Of a DNA stretch of 64,000 bases, positions 13,002-25,816 are shown piece by piece. The DNA lies in NCBI GenBank assembly GCA_030390025.1, contig CM059431.1:139688001-139752000 (forward strand), written 5' to 3'. How positions within the stretch are numbered: position 1 is the stretch's first letter; each line of letters begins with the position of its first letter. Both the position numbers and the translations under genes were made by a program. This stretch comes from Squalus acanthias. Taxonomy: Eukaryota. A model generated the notes under the pieces. The model did not search any database, was not told the origin of the DNA, and saw only the letters and a list, made by a program, of their open reading frames with translations.

Positions 13002-13399
13002 GTACGGTAAAATCAATTTCACATCTAAAATTACATATTTGACTAAAGTAGTGCACGGATTTGTTTTCATGAAAGCTAATTTATTTAAACAGGTTTCTTT
13101 CGATTTAATGACATGTAAGCCACAGAATGTTTATCCGAAGTTCCCAGTCAGCTGAAAGGTAGGTGATGGGCTGAAGATGTCAAACAGATTATTTCGGTTC
13201 TGATTATCAGAGGCTTTAACTTTGATCATTGGTTAAGAGATTTCTTGAATCTGGGAGTGAAAAGTTCAAGAGCTGGGCAAACAGAATTAAACTTCATTTT
13301 CACTTGTCACTGATTCTGAAATATATCTTTGAAATGTGTGGGATGAAGTTACCATCAACACCAGGTTTGGGATTATCTTTAAATATTAGTTGCAAACTG

Positions 13400-15680
13400 C
13401 CGGCGTGACGTCGGCCGTCTCGATTTTCTCTGCTACCATCGCTCACTCCAACCTACCTCCCTCTGAACTTGCAGCACTCCATTCTCTCAGATCCAACCCC
13501 AGCATTCTCATTAAACCTGCAGACAAGGGTGGTGCTGTTGTTGTTTGGTGAACCGATCTCTACCTATCGGAGGCTGAACGCCAACTCTCCGACACCTCCT
13601 CCTACCTCCGCCTGGACCATGACCCCACTACCGAACATCAAGCCATCGTTTCCAAGACTGTCACTGACTTCATCTCCTCTGGAGATCTTCCCTCCACGGC
13701 CGCCAACCTCATAGTTTCCCAACCCCGCACAGCCCGCTTCTACCCCCTCCCCATGATCCACAAACAGGACTGACCTGGTAGAACCATCGTTTCAGCCTGA
13801 TCTTGCCCCTCGGAATTTATTTCTTCCTATCTCAACTCTAGTTTTCTCCCCTTGTCCAGTCTCTTCCCACCTACATCCGCGAATCTTCCAACGCCCTTCG
13901 CCACTTTAACAGTTTCCAGTTTCCTGGCCCCAACCGTCTCCTTTTCACTATGGGCGTCCAATCCCTCTACACCTCCATCCCCCACCAGGACGGCCTGAGA
14001 GCGCTCTGCTTTTTCCTTGAACAAAGGCCCAACCAGTCCCCGTCCACCACCACCCTCCTCCGCCTGGCTGAACTTGTTCTCACGTTGAACAACTTCTCCT
14101 TTGACTCCAGTAACTTCCTCCAAATTAATGGTGTTGTTATGGGAATCCGCATGGTTCCTAGCTATGCCTGCCTTTTTGTGGGATATGTGGAACATTCTTT
14201 GTTCCAGTCCTACTCGGGTCCCCTCCCTCACCTCTCTTTTCCGGTACATTGATGACTGTATCGGTGCCGTTTCCAGCTCTCGCCCTGAACTAGATCATTT
14301 CATTCAGTTTGCTTCTAATTTCCACCCTTCCCTCACCTTCACATGGTCCATCTCCGACTCTTCCCTTCCCTTCCTCGACTTCTCTACTGCATCTCTGGGG
14401 ATATGCTCTTGACAAACATTCACTATAAGCCCACTGACTCCCACAGCTACCTGGACTGCACTTCCTGCCAACCCGCTTCCTGTAACGACTCTATTCCATT
14501 CTTCCAGTTTCTCTGTCTCCACCGCATCTGCTCTGACGATGCCACCTTCCATACTAGTGTTTCTGACATGTCTTCCTTTTTCCTAACTGAGGATTCCCCT
14601 CTACCGTGGTTGACACGGCTCTTGACCGTGTCCATTCTATTTCCCGCACCTCTACTCTCACCCGTTCCCCTCCCTCCTGGAACCACAATATGGTTTCCTT
14701 TGTCCTCACCTTTCACCCCCACCAGCCTCCACATTCAACGGATCATTTTCCGCCACCTCCAGCGTGATCCCAGCACCAAACACATCTTCCCCTCACCTCC
14801 CCTTTCAGCGTTCCGAAGTGACTGCTCCCTCCGCGACACCCTGGTCCACTCCTCTCCCACCCCCAACATATCTTCTGCTTCCCACGGCACCTTCCCGTGC
14901 AAGCGCAGGAGATGCAACAACTGCTCTTTTACCTCCACCCTTCCCACTGTCCAGGGCCCCAAACACTCCTTCCAGGTAAAACAGCGATTTACTGGTTGTA
15001 CTTGCAATTTAGTATACTGTATTCGCTGCTCACGATGTGGTCTCCTCTACATTGGGGAGATCAAACGCAGATTGGGTGACCGCTTTGCGGAACACCTCTG
15101 CTCAGTCCATAAGGGTGACCCTGAGCTTCCGGTCGCCTGTCACTTTAATTCTCCGCTCCAGTCCCACTCTGACCTCTTTGTCCTCGGCCTCTTCCACTGT
15201 TGCTATGAAGCTCAACGTAAGCTCGAGGAACAGCACCTCATCTTTCGATTAGGCACTTTACAGCCTTCTGGACTCAACATCGAGTTCAACAATTTCAGAC
15301 CATAACCTCTGTCCATATCATTTTTTTCAATCTTTCATATGGCAGCGGTTGATGATTCTGCCATTGCCATTTACACTTCATCTCTAGTCATCTTTTGTAT
15401 CTTAACTTGTCCCAATACCATCTCTTTTTGCCTTGCACCGTCATCCCTTTTATCTTTTAATCTCTCCTGCCTTCCATCCTATCACAGACCTTTCCTTTTG
15501 TTCTTTCATCCCCTCCCCCCACTCCCTGCCTCTACACGTGCTTAAAAACCTGTTACATCTCCAACTTTTTCCAGTTCTGACGAAGGGTCATCGACCTGAA
15601 ACGTTAACTCTGATTCTCTCTCTCCAGATTCTGTCCGACCTGCTGAGTATTTCCAGCATTTTCTGTTTTTATTTTAAATT
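13400..15680 (+). mobile_element. Degenerate Penelope-like element (RT + GIY-YIG + pLTR), family 1
   Basis: KPADKG-like region, FRYIDD, CKRRRCNNC linker, VYCIRC..LYIGE; several frameshifts; 3' pLTR. Confidence 0.93.
15573..15609 (+). ncRNA. Minimal hammerhead ribozyme (PLE family 1 variant)
   Basis: AGUU-CUGACGA-A-GGGUC-AUC-GACCU-GAAAC-GUU-AACU. Confidence 0.8.
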
Positions 15681-15889
15681 TGCAGATGTTGTCATTACTC
15701 CAGTGGTTTATCCAGCTGTTCATGTGACTGGCCTTTGCTGCCAGTGGAAGTCACTGACCGGGATAAAACATCAAACTCCCAGTGGTCAGTCTGTCTGATA
15801 CACCGATTAATCAGCAGAGAAAATTAATTTATTGCAGCTTCCCTGGATGACTCAAATGGATGATGTACCAGTGAGTGCAGTGTTTAGGC

Positions 15890-16270
15890 ATAGGCCTAGA
15901 TATTCGGTCGCGCACTGCCGGTTAGCGAACTCCTGCGGCCAATATTGTGGGCAGGAAGCGCACTCACATTTCCAGCCTGAATTGTGGATCGGGCATTGCT
16001 GTGCTGTCGGGAGTTTACGCCAGTATAATTTAAGTGTTAATATATTATGTAAATGAAGGTCCAGTGCTTCCTGCTGCACCCTTTCCCGCTTTGGGTATGC
16101 CACACCATCTCACACCACGTGCTGAATCCGCCCAGCAACAGCTGATGCAAACCGGCAGGAAGGACCCCTGACCAGCGCTATTGAAAGTAATCATCGGGAA
16201 TTACAGTTTGGTAATTGCCTTGTCGGTTCAGGCAGCTGCTTAACTTCTGGACGTTTCTTGCTGTGTTTTA
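15890..16270. mobile_element. Probable DNA-transposon (MITE/Harbinger-like) fragment
   Basis: CpG-rich block starting 'ggcctagatattcgg', similar to the TIR at 26963; no second TIR seen. Confidence 0.35.
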
Positions 16271-16365
16271 TCATTCTGGAAATTTTGCTTTGTCTAAAAA
16301 GAGCAAGATGCTGCTGATCTTGCACTGATGTTGACTCACTCATAGTTTGACTGCAGTCATGAGTG

Positions 16366-16690
16366 GTGAGAATCAGAGCGTTCCAGAGATGGAGATCCGA
16401 AGGAAATCCATCATTTTACTGATCACTGTATCGGGCAGTTTTGTATTGTTGTGGCTGACATCTGCGGTGAATTCTATAGTTATCAACCTGGCCGTGCAAC
16501 ACCGACCCGATAATACATCTCCTGCATTGATCGCCACTCTAACCGGATCTATGCTCATGTATTTGAGTTCCTGTAAAAACACTTGTATTTATGCAGCTAC
16601 ACAAACTAAATTCAGGGAAGAGCTGAAGAAGGTGGTGAAATCTCCTTGAATATTGATTCTGATGTTGGTTAAAAAATTGAAAAATTGAAC
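16366..16690 (+). pseudogene. GPR139-like class A GPCR, 3' fragment (ICL3-TM6-TM7-helix 8) with an internal stop
   Basis: ENQSVPEMEIRRKSIILLITVSGSFVLLWLT...SSCKNTCIYAATQTKFREELKK; paralogous to 31150-31462; 5' half absent. Confidence 0.85.
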
Positions 16691-16851
16691 TAAAGCTTCC
16701 TTTAACTAGAGTAAAATTACAGCCCGTGTTCCATTTTAGAATGGCCATCTTACCGTTCGGACGAAAGCCGATTGTTGCTGTGAAAATTAACAGGTATCAG
16801 AAAACCTTTCTTCCTTTTTGTGCCGTGTGTTTTGTGTCTGCTGCTTTCCCT

Positions 16852-17310
16852 GGGTCAGCCGCGGCTCAGCTGGTAGCAACCTCGTGAGAAGGTTGTGGCT
16901 TCAAGTCCCACTCCAGAGACTCAATAATCTACCATAATCTAGGCTGACACTCCAGTGCAGGGCTGAGGGAGTGCTGCACTTTCGGAGGAGCCCTCTTTCG
17001 AATGAGAAATTAAACCGAGACTCCGTCTGCCCTCTCAGCTGGATGTAAAAGATCCTTTGCAATATCTCGAAGAGGAGCAGTGAGTAATCCCAGGTGTCCC
17101 AGGCAATATTCATCCCTCAATCAACATCACTAAAAAACACATTATCTGGTCATTCTTACATTGCTGTTGTTGGGGGCTTCTGTGCGTAAATTGGCTGCCG
17201 GGTTTCCTACATTAGAACAGTGGTTACAACTCAAAAAGTACTTCGTTGGCGGTAAAGGGCCGGTGGTCGCGACAGGAGCTATATAAATACAAATCTTTCC
17301 TTTTATTTCT
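16852..17310 (+). mobile_element. tRNA-derived SINE (DeuSINE/SacSINE1-like)
   Basis: 'ggctcagctggtagc' A-box, 'ttcaagtcccactccagagac' B-box, 'gactccgtctgccctctcag', tail 'gctatataaatac...ttt'. Confidence 0.7.
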
Positions 17311-18328
17311 TTTACCCCGGGTCAATATAATCATTTCCCGCTAATCTGAATATCCTAAAGTCTGCTAATGTGATACTGTGTTTGTTTGTCTTTCTATTGT
17401 AGCAATGTTAACCTTTAGCCTTTTCCTGTTAAGCAGGGAAGCACAAGTCTGTTTAAAGTACTGTTGGGCTACTGGGACAATGCAGCAATGGTCAGTTTCA
17501 GGATGAAGTAATAAGCGATGTAATTAAACTCTTGACATTGCAAACAGATTCGTCAAATTCAGGGAACTTTAATCATTTGGTAACAGTTGGGGAAGAGAGT
17601 TAGTTCTGCAAAGGAAAACATCTGGACATCCATCATCATTTTCAATTAGTACAATAGATACAGAAACAGACAGTCTTACTGTTAAAGGTTTCACTTGGTA
17701 CAATTGCAATTATATGTGTCAAGAGTGAAACTATCGATCAGATAAATGAATTAAATTATTCTTACGTGAAGTTTTATTTTAACTATGATATAAATGGGTA
17801 ATGCAGAATTGTGAGGATATCGAGTACAGCGAGTGAGAAAAATTAATAAAAAGCTACAGTTTCGAATGAGTATTCGGTTTGGTAAAGGCCTAAGATACTG
17901 AGCGCAGGACTGTGACATGTTTGGGTCTCCACACCAACCATCATCAGGTGAGGTTCTCATTCCTACCTTTTAATTGTGTGTGTAAGGACTATTGCATGTA
18001 TTATGTGCCTAATAAACCTATGACACCTCACTCCAATGTTGAACAACATGATTGAAAAGCTTATGTTGACAATAGCCTTTGTACTTTAATTGTGAATGGG
18101 CTTCAGTTATTAACTGTGATTAAGAGCCCGCTTTACCCGTCACTCTTTCACGTTCCACTTGACCCAGAGGTTCTCCAGAACCACAATCCTTTTTGGTTGC
18201 AGGGCCCCGTGGAGCCCAGGCTCTGCCAATCCGGCTGGCATCCAGCTTCTGGAGAAAGTGGTGATTAGTTGCGGGCGGTTTTGTGTAAGAGCCACATTCT
18301 CATTTACCTGGATGCGGACAACCAGTAG

Positions 18329-18456
18329 TATTTAAGGCCCGAGTCAGGCAGCCGGCAGAGGTTTTATTTCAATCAGTCAGCGATGTTCTGCACCCAGCTA
18401 CAATCCTGAGAAGGCGACCTTCAATCAACCACATCATCCAAACTCCGCAGGTAAAA
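18329..18456 (+). promoter_or_regulatory. Putative TATA-like promoter and short non-coding first exon, duplicated at 33256-33384
   Basis: tatttaa, then gagtcag, then a donor-like gcag|gtaaaa; conserved in the duplicate block. Confidence 0.35.
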
Positions 18457-18529
18457 TAGAAAGCAAAGGCATGAATAATTAACCATTACATTACCAGGTC
18501 ACATTCAATCTGACGTGATTGTGATTCCC

Positions 18530-18975
18530 CGTCCCCTGTTTCTAATTAACCAGTTGTTGTATTACCTTGTGTTTCTCTATTTCTAATTAAACAGTTATTG
18601 TGTTTCCCTGACATTCTCATCTCCTCTCTTTCTACAAAAACAGTTACTGTCTCCCCAGTCCCCCGCTTTTAAATTATCAGTTATTTACTGTGTTACCCCA
18701 TGTCTCCTTTTATTCTATTTCTAATTAGACAATTAGTTTATTCCCCTGAATGTCCTTGTCCTCTATTTCTAATTGAACCGCTGCTGTCTTCTGCTGTCCC
18801 CTACTTCTAAATGAAGGGTTATTGTGTTCCGCTGGGCCCTATTTCTAATATCAGTTGCCATATTCCACTGACCTCTATTTCTAATTAAGCCATTACTGAG
18901 CTCCCCTACATTCCCTTTATTATATTTCTAATTAACAGTTCATTGTTTCCACTTAATTTTCCTGATCTCCATTTC
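18530..18975. repeat. Degenerate AT-rich tandem repeat (core ctatttctaatta), resuming at 23710-23820 after the CR1
   Basis: Recurrent 'tatttctaatt' every 40-60 bp. Confidence 0.7.
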
Positions 18976-19050
18976 TATTGCAAGGAATATTCGGAACAAG
19001 GTGGATGAATTAGCAGCGCAAATAGAGGTAAACAAATATGATTTGATTGG

Positions 19051-20900
19051 AAATAACAACAGAAAACGCTGGAAAAACTCAGCAGGCCAGGCAGCATCCG
19101 CAGAGAGAGAAAGAGAGTTGACGTTTCAGGTCGATGACCTTTCATCAGAACTGGGAAGAGCTGGAAATCAAATAGATTTAAGGCCAGGGTAAAGTTGGGA
19201 AAAGGGGGAGGGGATAAAGGAACAAAGGAGGAGATGAAGAGACATTAAGGGACATTAAGAGATATGCAAGGCTAGAGGTGGTGTTAATGTGACAGATTAA
19301 GGCTGAATGAAGTGTGAAATCCACTGGCAGAATGAAGGACAGCTGCCAGCTTCTAGGAGGAAACAAAAAGGTGGGGGGGACAAATAAAAGGGTGGATAAA
19401 ATAAAATATAAATGTGATTGGAGCTGAGGTTATGATCTAAAATTGTTGAACTCGATATTGAGTCCAGAGGGCTGTAGCGTGCCTAAACGAAAGATGAGGT
19501 GCTGTTCCTCGAGCTTACGCTGAGCTTCCGTGGAACAGTGTAATAGGCCGAGGACGGTGAGGTCAGAGTGGGAGTGAAGCGGTGAATTAAAGTGACAGGC
19601 CACCGGGAGCTCGGGGTCCCCCTTACGGACTGAACGGAGGTGTTCCGCAAAGCGGTCACCCAATCTGCGTTTGGTCTCCCCAATGTAGAGGAGTCCACAT
19701 CGTGAGCAGCGAATACAGTATACTAAATTGCAGGAGGTACAAGTAAATCGCTGTTTCACCTGGAAGGGGTGTTTGGGGCCCTGGACAGTGGGAAGAGGGG
19801 AGGTATAAGGGCATGTGTTGCATCTCCTGCGCGTGCACGGGAAGGTGCCGGGCGAAGGGGAAGGGGTGCTGGGGGTGGTAGAGGAGTGGACTAGGGTGTC
19901 GCGGAGGGAGCGGTCCCTGCGGAATGCTGAAAGGGGAGGTGAGGGGAAGATGTGTTTGGTGGTGGGATCACGCTGGAGGTGGCGGAAATGGCGGAGGATG
20001 ATCCGTTGAATGTGGAGGCTGGTGGGGTGAAAGGTGAGGACAAGGGGAACCCTATCGTGGTTCCGGGAGGGAGGGGCAGGGGTGAGGGCAGATGTGCGGG
20101 AGATAGAACGGACACGGTCGAGGGCCGTGTCGACCACGGTAGAGGGGAATCCTCGGTTGAGGAAAAAGGAAGACATGTCGGAAGCACTGGTATGGAAGGT
20201 GGCATCATCAGAGCAGATGCGGCGGAGACGGAGAAACTGGGAGAATGGAATAGAGTCCTTACAGGAGGCGGGGTGGGAGGAAGTGTAGTCCAGGTAGCTG
20301 TGGGAGTCGGTGGGCTTGTAGTGAATGTTAGTCAATAACCTATCCCCAGAGATGGAGATGGAGAAGTCGAGGAAGGGAAGGGAAGAGTCGGAGATGGACC
20401 ATGTGAAGGTGAGGGAAGGGTGGAAATTGGAAGCATAGTGAATGAAATGTTCTAGTTCAGGGCGAGAGCAGGAGACGGCACCGATACAGTCATCAATGTA
20501 CCGGAAAAAGAGGTGAGGGAGGGGACCCGAGTAGGACTGGAACAAAGAGTGTTCCACATATCCCATGAAAAGGCAGGCATAGCTAGGACCCATGCGGGTA
20601 CCCATAGCAACACCTTTAATTTGGAGGAAATGGGTAGAGTCAAAGGAGAAGTTGTTCAATGTGAGAACAAGTTCAGCCAGGCGGAGGAGGGTGGTGGTGG
20701 ATGGGGACTGGTTGGGCCTCTGTTCAAGGAAGAAGCGGAGCGCCCTCAGGCCATCCTGGTGGGGAATGGAGGTGTAGAGGGATTGTACGTCCATAGTGAA
20801 GAGGAGACGGTTGGGGCCGGGAAACTGGAAACTGTTAAAATGGCGGAGGGCATCGGAAGAGTCGCGGATGTAGGTGGGAAGAGACTGGACAAGGGGAGAA
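19051..20900 (-). mobile_element. Young 5'-truncated Penelope-like element (Neptune-like linker), family 1, with open RT-GIY-YIG ORF 19430-20900
   Basis: MDVQSLYT, KGVAMG, FRYIDD, CTRRRCNTC, VYCIRCSRCGLLYIGET, GLN; no stops; 15-bp TSD atatgatttgattgg (19036-19050 / 20909-20923). Confidence 0.96.
19116..19152 (-). ncRNA. Minimal hammerhead ribozyme (PLE family 1)
   Basis: Identical to 8656-8692. Confidence 0.85.
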
Positions 20901-23900
20901 ATGATTTGATATGATTTGATTGGGATTACCGAAACATGGCTCCAGGGTGGCCAAGGCTGTGAGCTCAAAATCCAGGGGTACTCAATATTCAGGAAAGATA
21001 GGCAAAAAGGAAAGGGAGGCGGGGTAGCATTGCTGGTTAAAGAGGGGATTAACACAATTGAAAGGAAGGATATTAGCTCTGATGATGTGGAATCTGTATG
21101 GGTTGAACTGAAAAATAACAAGGGGCAGACAACGTTAGTAGGAGTGATATATAGACCTCCAAACAGTAATGCGGAGGTTGGGGATGGCATTAAAAGGGAA
21201 ATTAGAGATGCGTGCAATAAGGGCACAGCAGTCATCATGGGTGACATTAATCCACATATAGATTGGGCTAACCAAATTAGTAACAATACTAAGGAGGAGG
21301 AATTCCTGGAGTGTATACGGGATAGTTTCCTGGACCAATATGGCGAGGAACCAACCAGAGATCAGGCCATCTTAGACTGGGTATTATGCAATGAGAAAGG
21401 ATTAATTAGCAATCTTGTTGTGCGAGGCCCCTTGGGTCGGAGAGCTCATAATATGATAGAATTCTTCATTAGGATAGAGAGTGAAGTAGTTGACTCAGAG
21501 ACTAGGGTCCTGAATTTAAATAAAGGAAACTATGATGGTATGAGGCGCGAGTTAGGTAGGATGGATTGGGGAATGTCACTCAAATGGTTGACGGTGGATA
21601 GGCAATGGCAAACATTCAAAGACCGAATGGACGAACTACAGAATTTGTTCATCTCAGTTTAGCATAAGAATAAAACAAAAAGGGTGACTCAACCATGGCT
21701 AACAAGGGAAATTAGGGATAGCATCAGATCCAAGGAGAGGGCATATAAATTGGCCAGAAAAAGCAGTAACCCTGAGGATTGGGAGCAGTTCAAGATTCAA
21801 CAAAGGAGGACAAAGGGATTAATTAAGAAGGGGAAAATAGAATACGAGAGTAAGCCTTCAGGGAACATAAAAACTGACTGTAAAAGCATTTATAGATATG
21901 TGAAGAGAAAAAGATTAGTGAAATCAAGCATAGGTCCCTTGCAGTCAGAATCAGGGGAACTTATAATGGGGAACAAAGAAATGTCAGACCAATTAAATAC
22001 ATATTTTGGTTCTGTCTTCACAAAGGAGCACACAAATAACCTCCCGGAGCTGTTGGGGAACATAGGGTCCGATGAAAGGGAGGAACTGAAAGAAATCAGT
22101 ATTTGTAGGGAAATGGTGTTAGGGAAATTGAAGGGATTGAAGGCCGATAGATCCCCAGGGCCTGATAATCTACATCCTAGGGTACTTAAGGAAGTGGCTC
22201 TAGAAATAGTAGATGCATTGCTGATCATCTTTCAACATTCAATGGGATCTGGAACAGTATCCATTGATTGGAGGGTAGCTAATGTTACCCCACTATTCAA
22301 AAAGGGTGATAGAGAGAAAACGGTGAATTACAGACATCGGAAGTGGGGAAAATGCTAAAGTCCATTATAAAAGATGTAATAGCTGAGCACTTGGAAAACA
22401 GTGACAGGATCGGACAAAGTCAACATGGATTTACAAAAGGTAAATCATGCTTCACTAATCTACTGGAATTTTTGAGGATGTAACCAGTAAAATAGATAAG
22501 GGAGAACCAGTGGATGTGGTGCATTTGGACTTCCAAAAGGCTTTTGATAAGGTCCCGCATAAGAGATTAGCGCGTAAAGTTAAGGCACATGGGATTGGGG
22601 GCAAGGTATTGACTTGGATAGAGAACTGGTTGGCAGACAGAAAGCAAAGAGTTGGAATAAATGGGTCTTTTTCCGAGTGGCAGGCAGTGACTAGTGGGGT
22701 ACCGCAGGGATCGGGCCTTGGTCCCCAGCTATTCACAATATACATTAATGATCTAGACAAGGGAACTAGATGTAATATCTCCAAGTTTGCAGACGACACA
22801 AAACTGGGTGGGCGTGTGTGCTGCGAGGAGGATGCCGAGAAACTCCAGTATGATTTGGACAGGTTGGGTGATTGGGCAGAAGCGTGGCAGATGCAATATA
22901 ACGTGGATAAATGCGAGGTTATCCACTTTGGTGTCAAAAACAGAAAGGCAGATTATTATCTGAATGGCAATAGAGTGGGAGAAGGGGAAGTGCAGCGAGA
23001 CCAGGGTGTCCTTGTGCACCAGTCGCTGAAGGTAAGCAAGCAGGTGCAGCAGGCGGTTAAGAAGGCAAATGGTATGTCGGCCTTCATAGCGAGAGAGTTT
23101 GAGTACAGGAACAAGGATGTCTTGCTGCAGTTGTACAGGGCCTTGGTGAGACCACACCTTGAGTACTGTGTGCAGTTTTTGTCACCTTATCTGAGTAAGG
23201 ATGTTCTTGCCATGGAAGGAGTTCAGCGAAGATTCACAAGGCTGATACCTGGGATGTCAGGAATGACGTATGAAGAGAGATTGGGTCGATTGGGCTTATA
23301 CTCGCTGGAGTTTAGAAGAATGAGAGGGGATCTCATTAAAACTTATACAATTCTGACAGGACAGGACAAACTAGATGCAGGAAGGATGTTCCCGATGGTC
23401 GGGAGTCCAGAACCAGGTGTCACAGTCTAAGGATAAGGTGTAAGCCATTTAGGACAGGAATTAGGAGGATTTTCTTCACCCAGAGAGTGGTGAACCTGTG
23501 GAATTCTCTGCCTCAGAAGGCAGTAGAGGCCAATTCATTAAATATATTCAAGAAGGAGTTAGATATATTTCTTAAGGCTAAAGGGATCAAGGGATATGGG
23601 GAGAAAGCAGGGACTGGGTACTGAATTTGGATGATCAGCCATGATCGCATTGAATGGCGGAGCAGGCTAGAGGGGCCGAATGGCCTACTCCTGCTCCTAT
23701 CTTCTATGATTCTAGAATTAAACATTTACATTGTTCCCCTAAATTCCCCTTCATTCTATTTCTATTTATGCTTCTCGTGTTCCGCTGAATTCCCCTGTCC
23801 TCTAGTTTTAATTCTAAAGATTAGGAGCAAGTCTGTTCCATAGATCGACCGTCGCTCATTGAAATAACGGATCCAGAAATTAGTTTTGAATTTACCCCCA

Positions 23901-24475
23901 CCAATCTCAGGCCATGTCCTCTGGTTTTACAGTTGTGGAAAAGGTGAAACAGCTCGTCATGATCCATATTACCTAGTGGATAAAAATTGGAAATTGCGAT
24001 CTGGCGCAGATTTGCGCTATTTGTCCAACTACTGGCCAGCAGTTACTGACAAAACTGCAACGACAGAAAAAAAAGCAGGCGGACAGCCGGCATTCTATCT
24101 AAAGAAGAAGCAGGAAGAAGACGTGGAAGTCAGGGGGCTGAAACCGGGCTGTTTTAGCTTTTAAAGTTAACAAGATTCTTGGAACAAAGCCTGATTTAAG
24201 TTTTTAACAACTTTAATTTGTTAAATATTTCTTTGGTTTTCGATCTAGTTCTGAGGAGTGTCGGTGATTAGAAGAGGAACTTTCGCTGTGGACAAGGTGA
24301 GCATTCTATTCAAACAGATTTATTTTTTTTAAACTTGAAAATTACTGTTTATAAATTATTTTGTTCACATCTACTCATGTTTAAAATTATGACAAAATAT
24401 ACGAATGTTTTAAATGTTAACTTTTTTATGCTGTTTAAAAATTAATGTATGACTTTGTAAAATGTTTTAAAAATC

Positions 24476-24575
24476 TTAGAAATTGTTCTCAGGCGGTGAT
24501 ATTGATCAGGCGGGTCTGACGGGCGGACGATCCGATACCGCCCGTTTCTCGCCACCGCCCGCCGTGAATTTCTAA
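24476..24575. mobile_element. Approximately 100-bp GC-rich MITE-like insert
   Basis: Terminal inverted 9-mers ttagaaatt / aatttctaa enclose a GC-rich core within AT-rich sequence. Confidence 0.45.
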
Positions 24576-24669
24576 CCACTCACTTTATTAATATGACGTT
24601 TACAACTCTTTCCATTTCTTCCCAACAGTTACTGGATCTATTTAAAGAGGAAGCCTGTGAGGGAGAATC

Positions 24670-25816
24670 ATGCCTCATGAGGAGTTTGCCCTGATGTTTT
24701 GTGTGATTCTGGCCCATAGAATCGAAAACCCCAGGGAACAACAAAGAAGACTGAGGAACCATGACCGCCACCTAATCAGGAGGAACTACTACCCACCCAG
24801 AGAGGGTACAGGGAGAGGCTGTCTTTTCAGATGTTGTCGGAGGATTTGTGTGTGAGCAGGCTGCACTTTTGTAAATAGACATTTGACCGACTATGTTACA
24901 TGTTGAATGACGGCCTTCAAACACGCTCGAAGACCCTCACTGCCTTGTCAGTGTCCATGAAGGTAACCACAGCACTGAACTTCTTTGCATGCGGGTCAGT
25001 TCAGTCAGGCACCTGTGACATTTCAAACATCTCCCAGACTGCTCGAGGACCTGCTTTCACCAGGTCACAGATGCCATATTCCGCAGGGCTTCAGAGTTCA
25101 TAGACTTCGACTTGTCCACTCGGCAGCAAAAGGAGATAGCTCTTGCATTTTATAGGATTGCTGGCTTCCCCAAAGTGATTGGGGCCGTTGGTGTAACCCA
25201 TGTTGCATTGAAGGCAACAATTGATGCACCTGTGACATACATCAACAGGAAGGGGTTTCATTCTTTAAATGTAATAATCATCTGTGATGCGCAACTAAGG
25301 ATCCTAAACATGAATGCAGTTCACCGGGGAAGTGCTCATGACTCCTTTGTCCTCCGTCACTCGGACTTATATAGCACTCGCAGTGCATTGCCTCCAGTAT
25401 CAGCATGGATATTGGGCGACAAGGGCTACCCGATAAAACCATGGTTGATGACACCATACCACAGGACCAATAATGAGGCTCAGCAGAGATACAACCAGGC
25501 ACACGTGTCCACACGGCAAGTGGTGGAGAGGACAATCGGGGTTCTGAAATCACACTTCCGGTGCCTGGACAGGTCAGGGGGGACCTTGCAGTATTCGCCT
25601 CAGAAAGTGGCAAGGATTGTGGTGGCCTGTTGTGCTTTGCATAACTTTGCCCTGCGGGAAGGACTGACCCTTAACCCTGCAGACGAGCTCCCTGCTGAAA
25701 TGGAGGACATGGAGGATGCCAATATCTTTGTGGCCAGGCCTGATGGGGAGGAGCCAAGTGCTGCCGAAACCAAAGCTGCCAGGGAACTGCTAGTAGCCAA
25801 CACGTTTACGAGGTGA
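24670..25816 (+). mobile_element. PIF/Harbinger transposase (HARBI1-like) pseudogene
   Basis: AGFPKVIGAVGVTHV, YINRKGFHSLNV, GSAHDSFV, LGDKGYP..PWLMTP, RYNQAH..TRQVVERTIGVLK.HFRCLD, CCALHN; 5' part frameshifted; first catalytic Asp appears as Gly. Confidence 0.92.

Larger units (their letters stand above)
18976..23712 (+). mobile_element. Near full-length CR1 ORF2 (APE + RT) with 3' tail, split by a PLE at 19051-20900
   Basis: VDELAAQIEVNKYDLIG joins ITETWLQG across the insertion; GVIYRPP, MGD.N, SPGPD, DFQKAFD, PQGS, KFADD, LEYCVQF; tail 'tcttctatgattcta'; a few stops and frameshifts. Confidence 0.95.

Noticed and set aside
19430..21286. 618-aa ORF as a full-length novel protein
   Set aside because: The first 128 aa or so are antisense CR1 sequence beyond the TSD; only 19430-20900 is PLE, and it is 5'-truncated
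24670..25816. Domesticated host HARBI1 gene
   Set aside because: Frameshifts, a stop, catalytic Asp loss and TE-like context indicate a transposon relic
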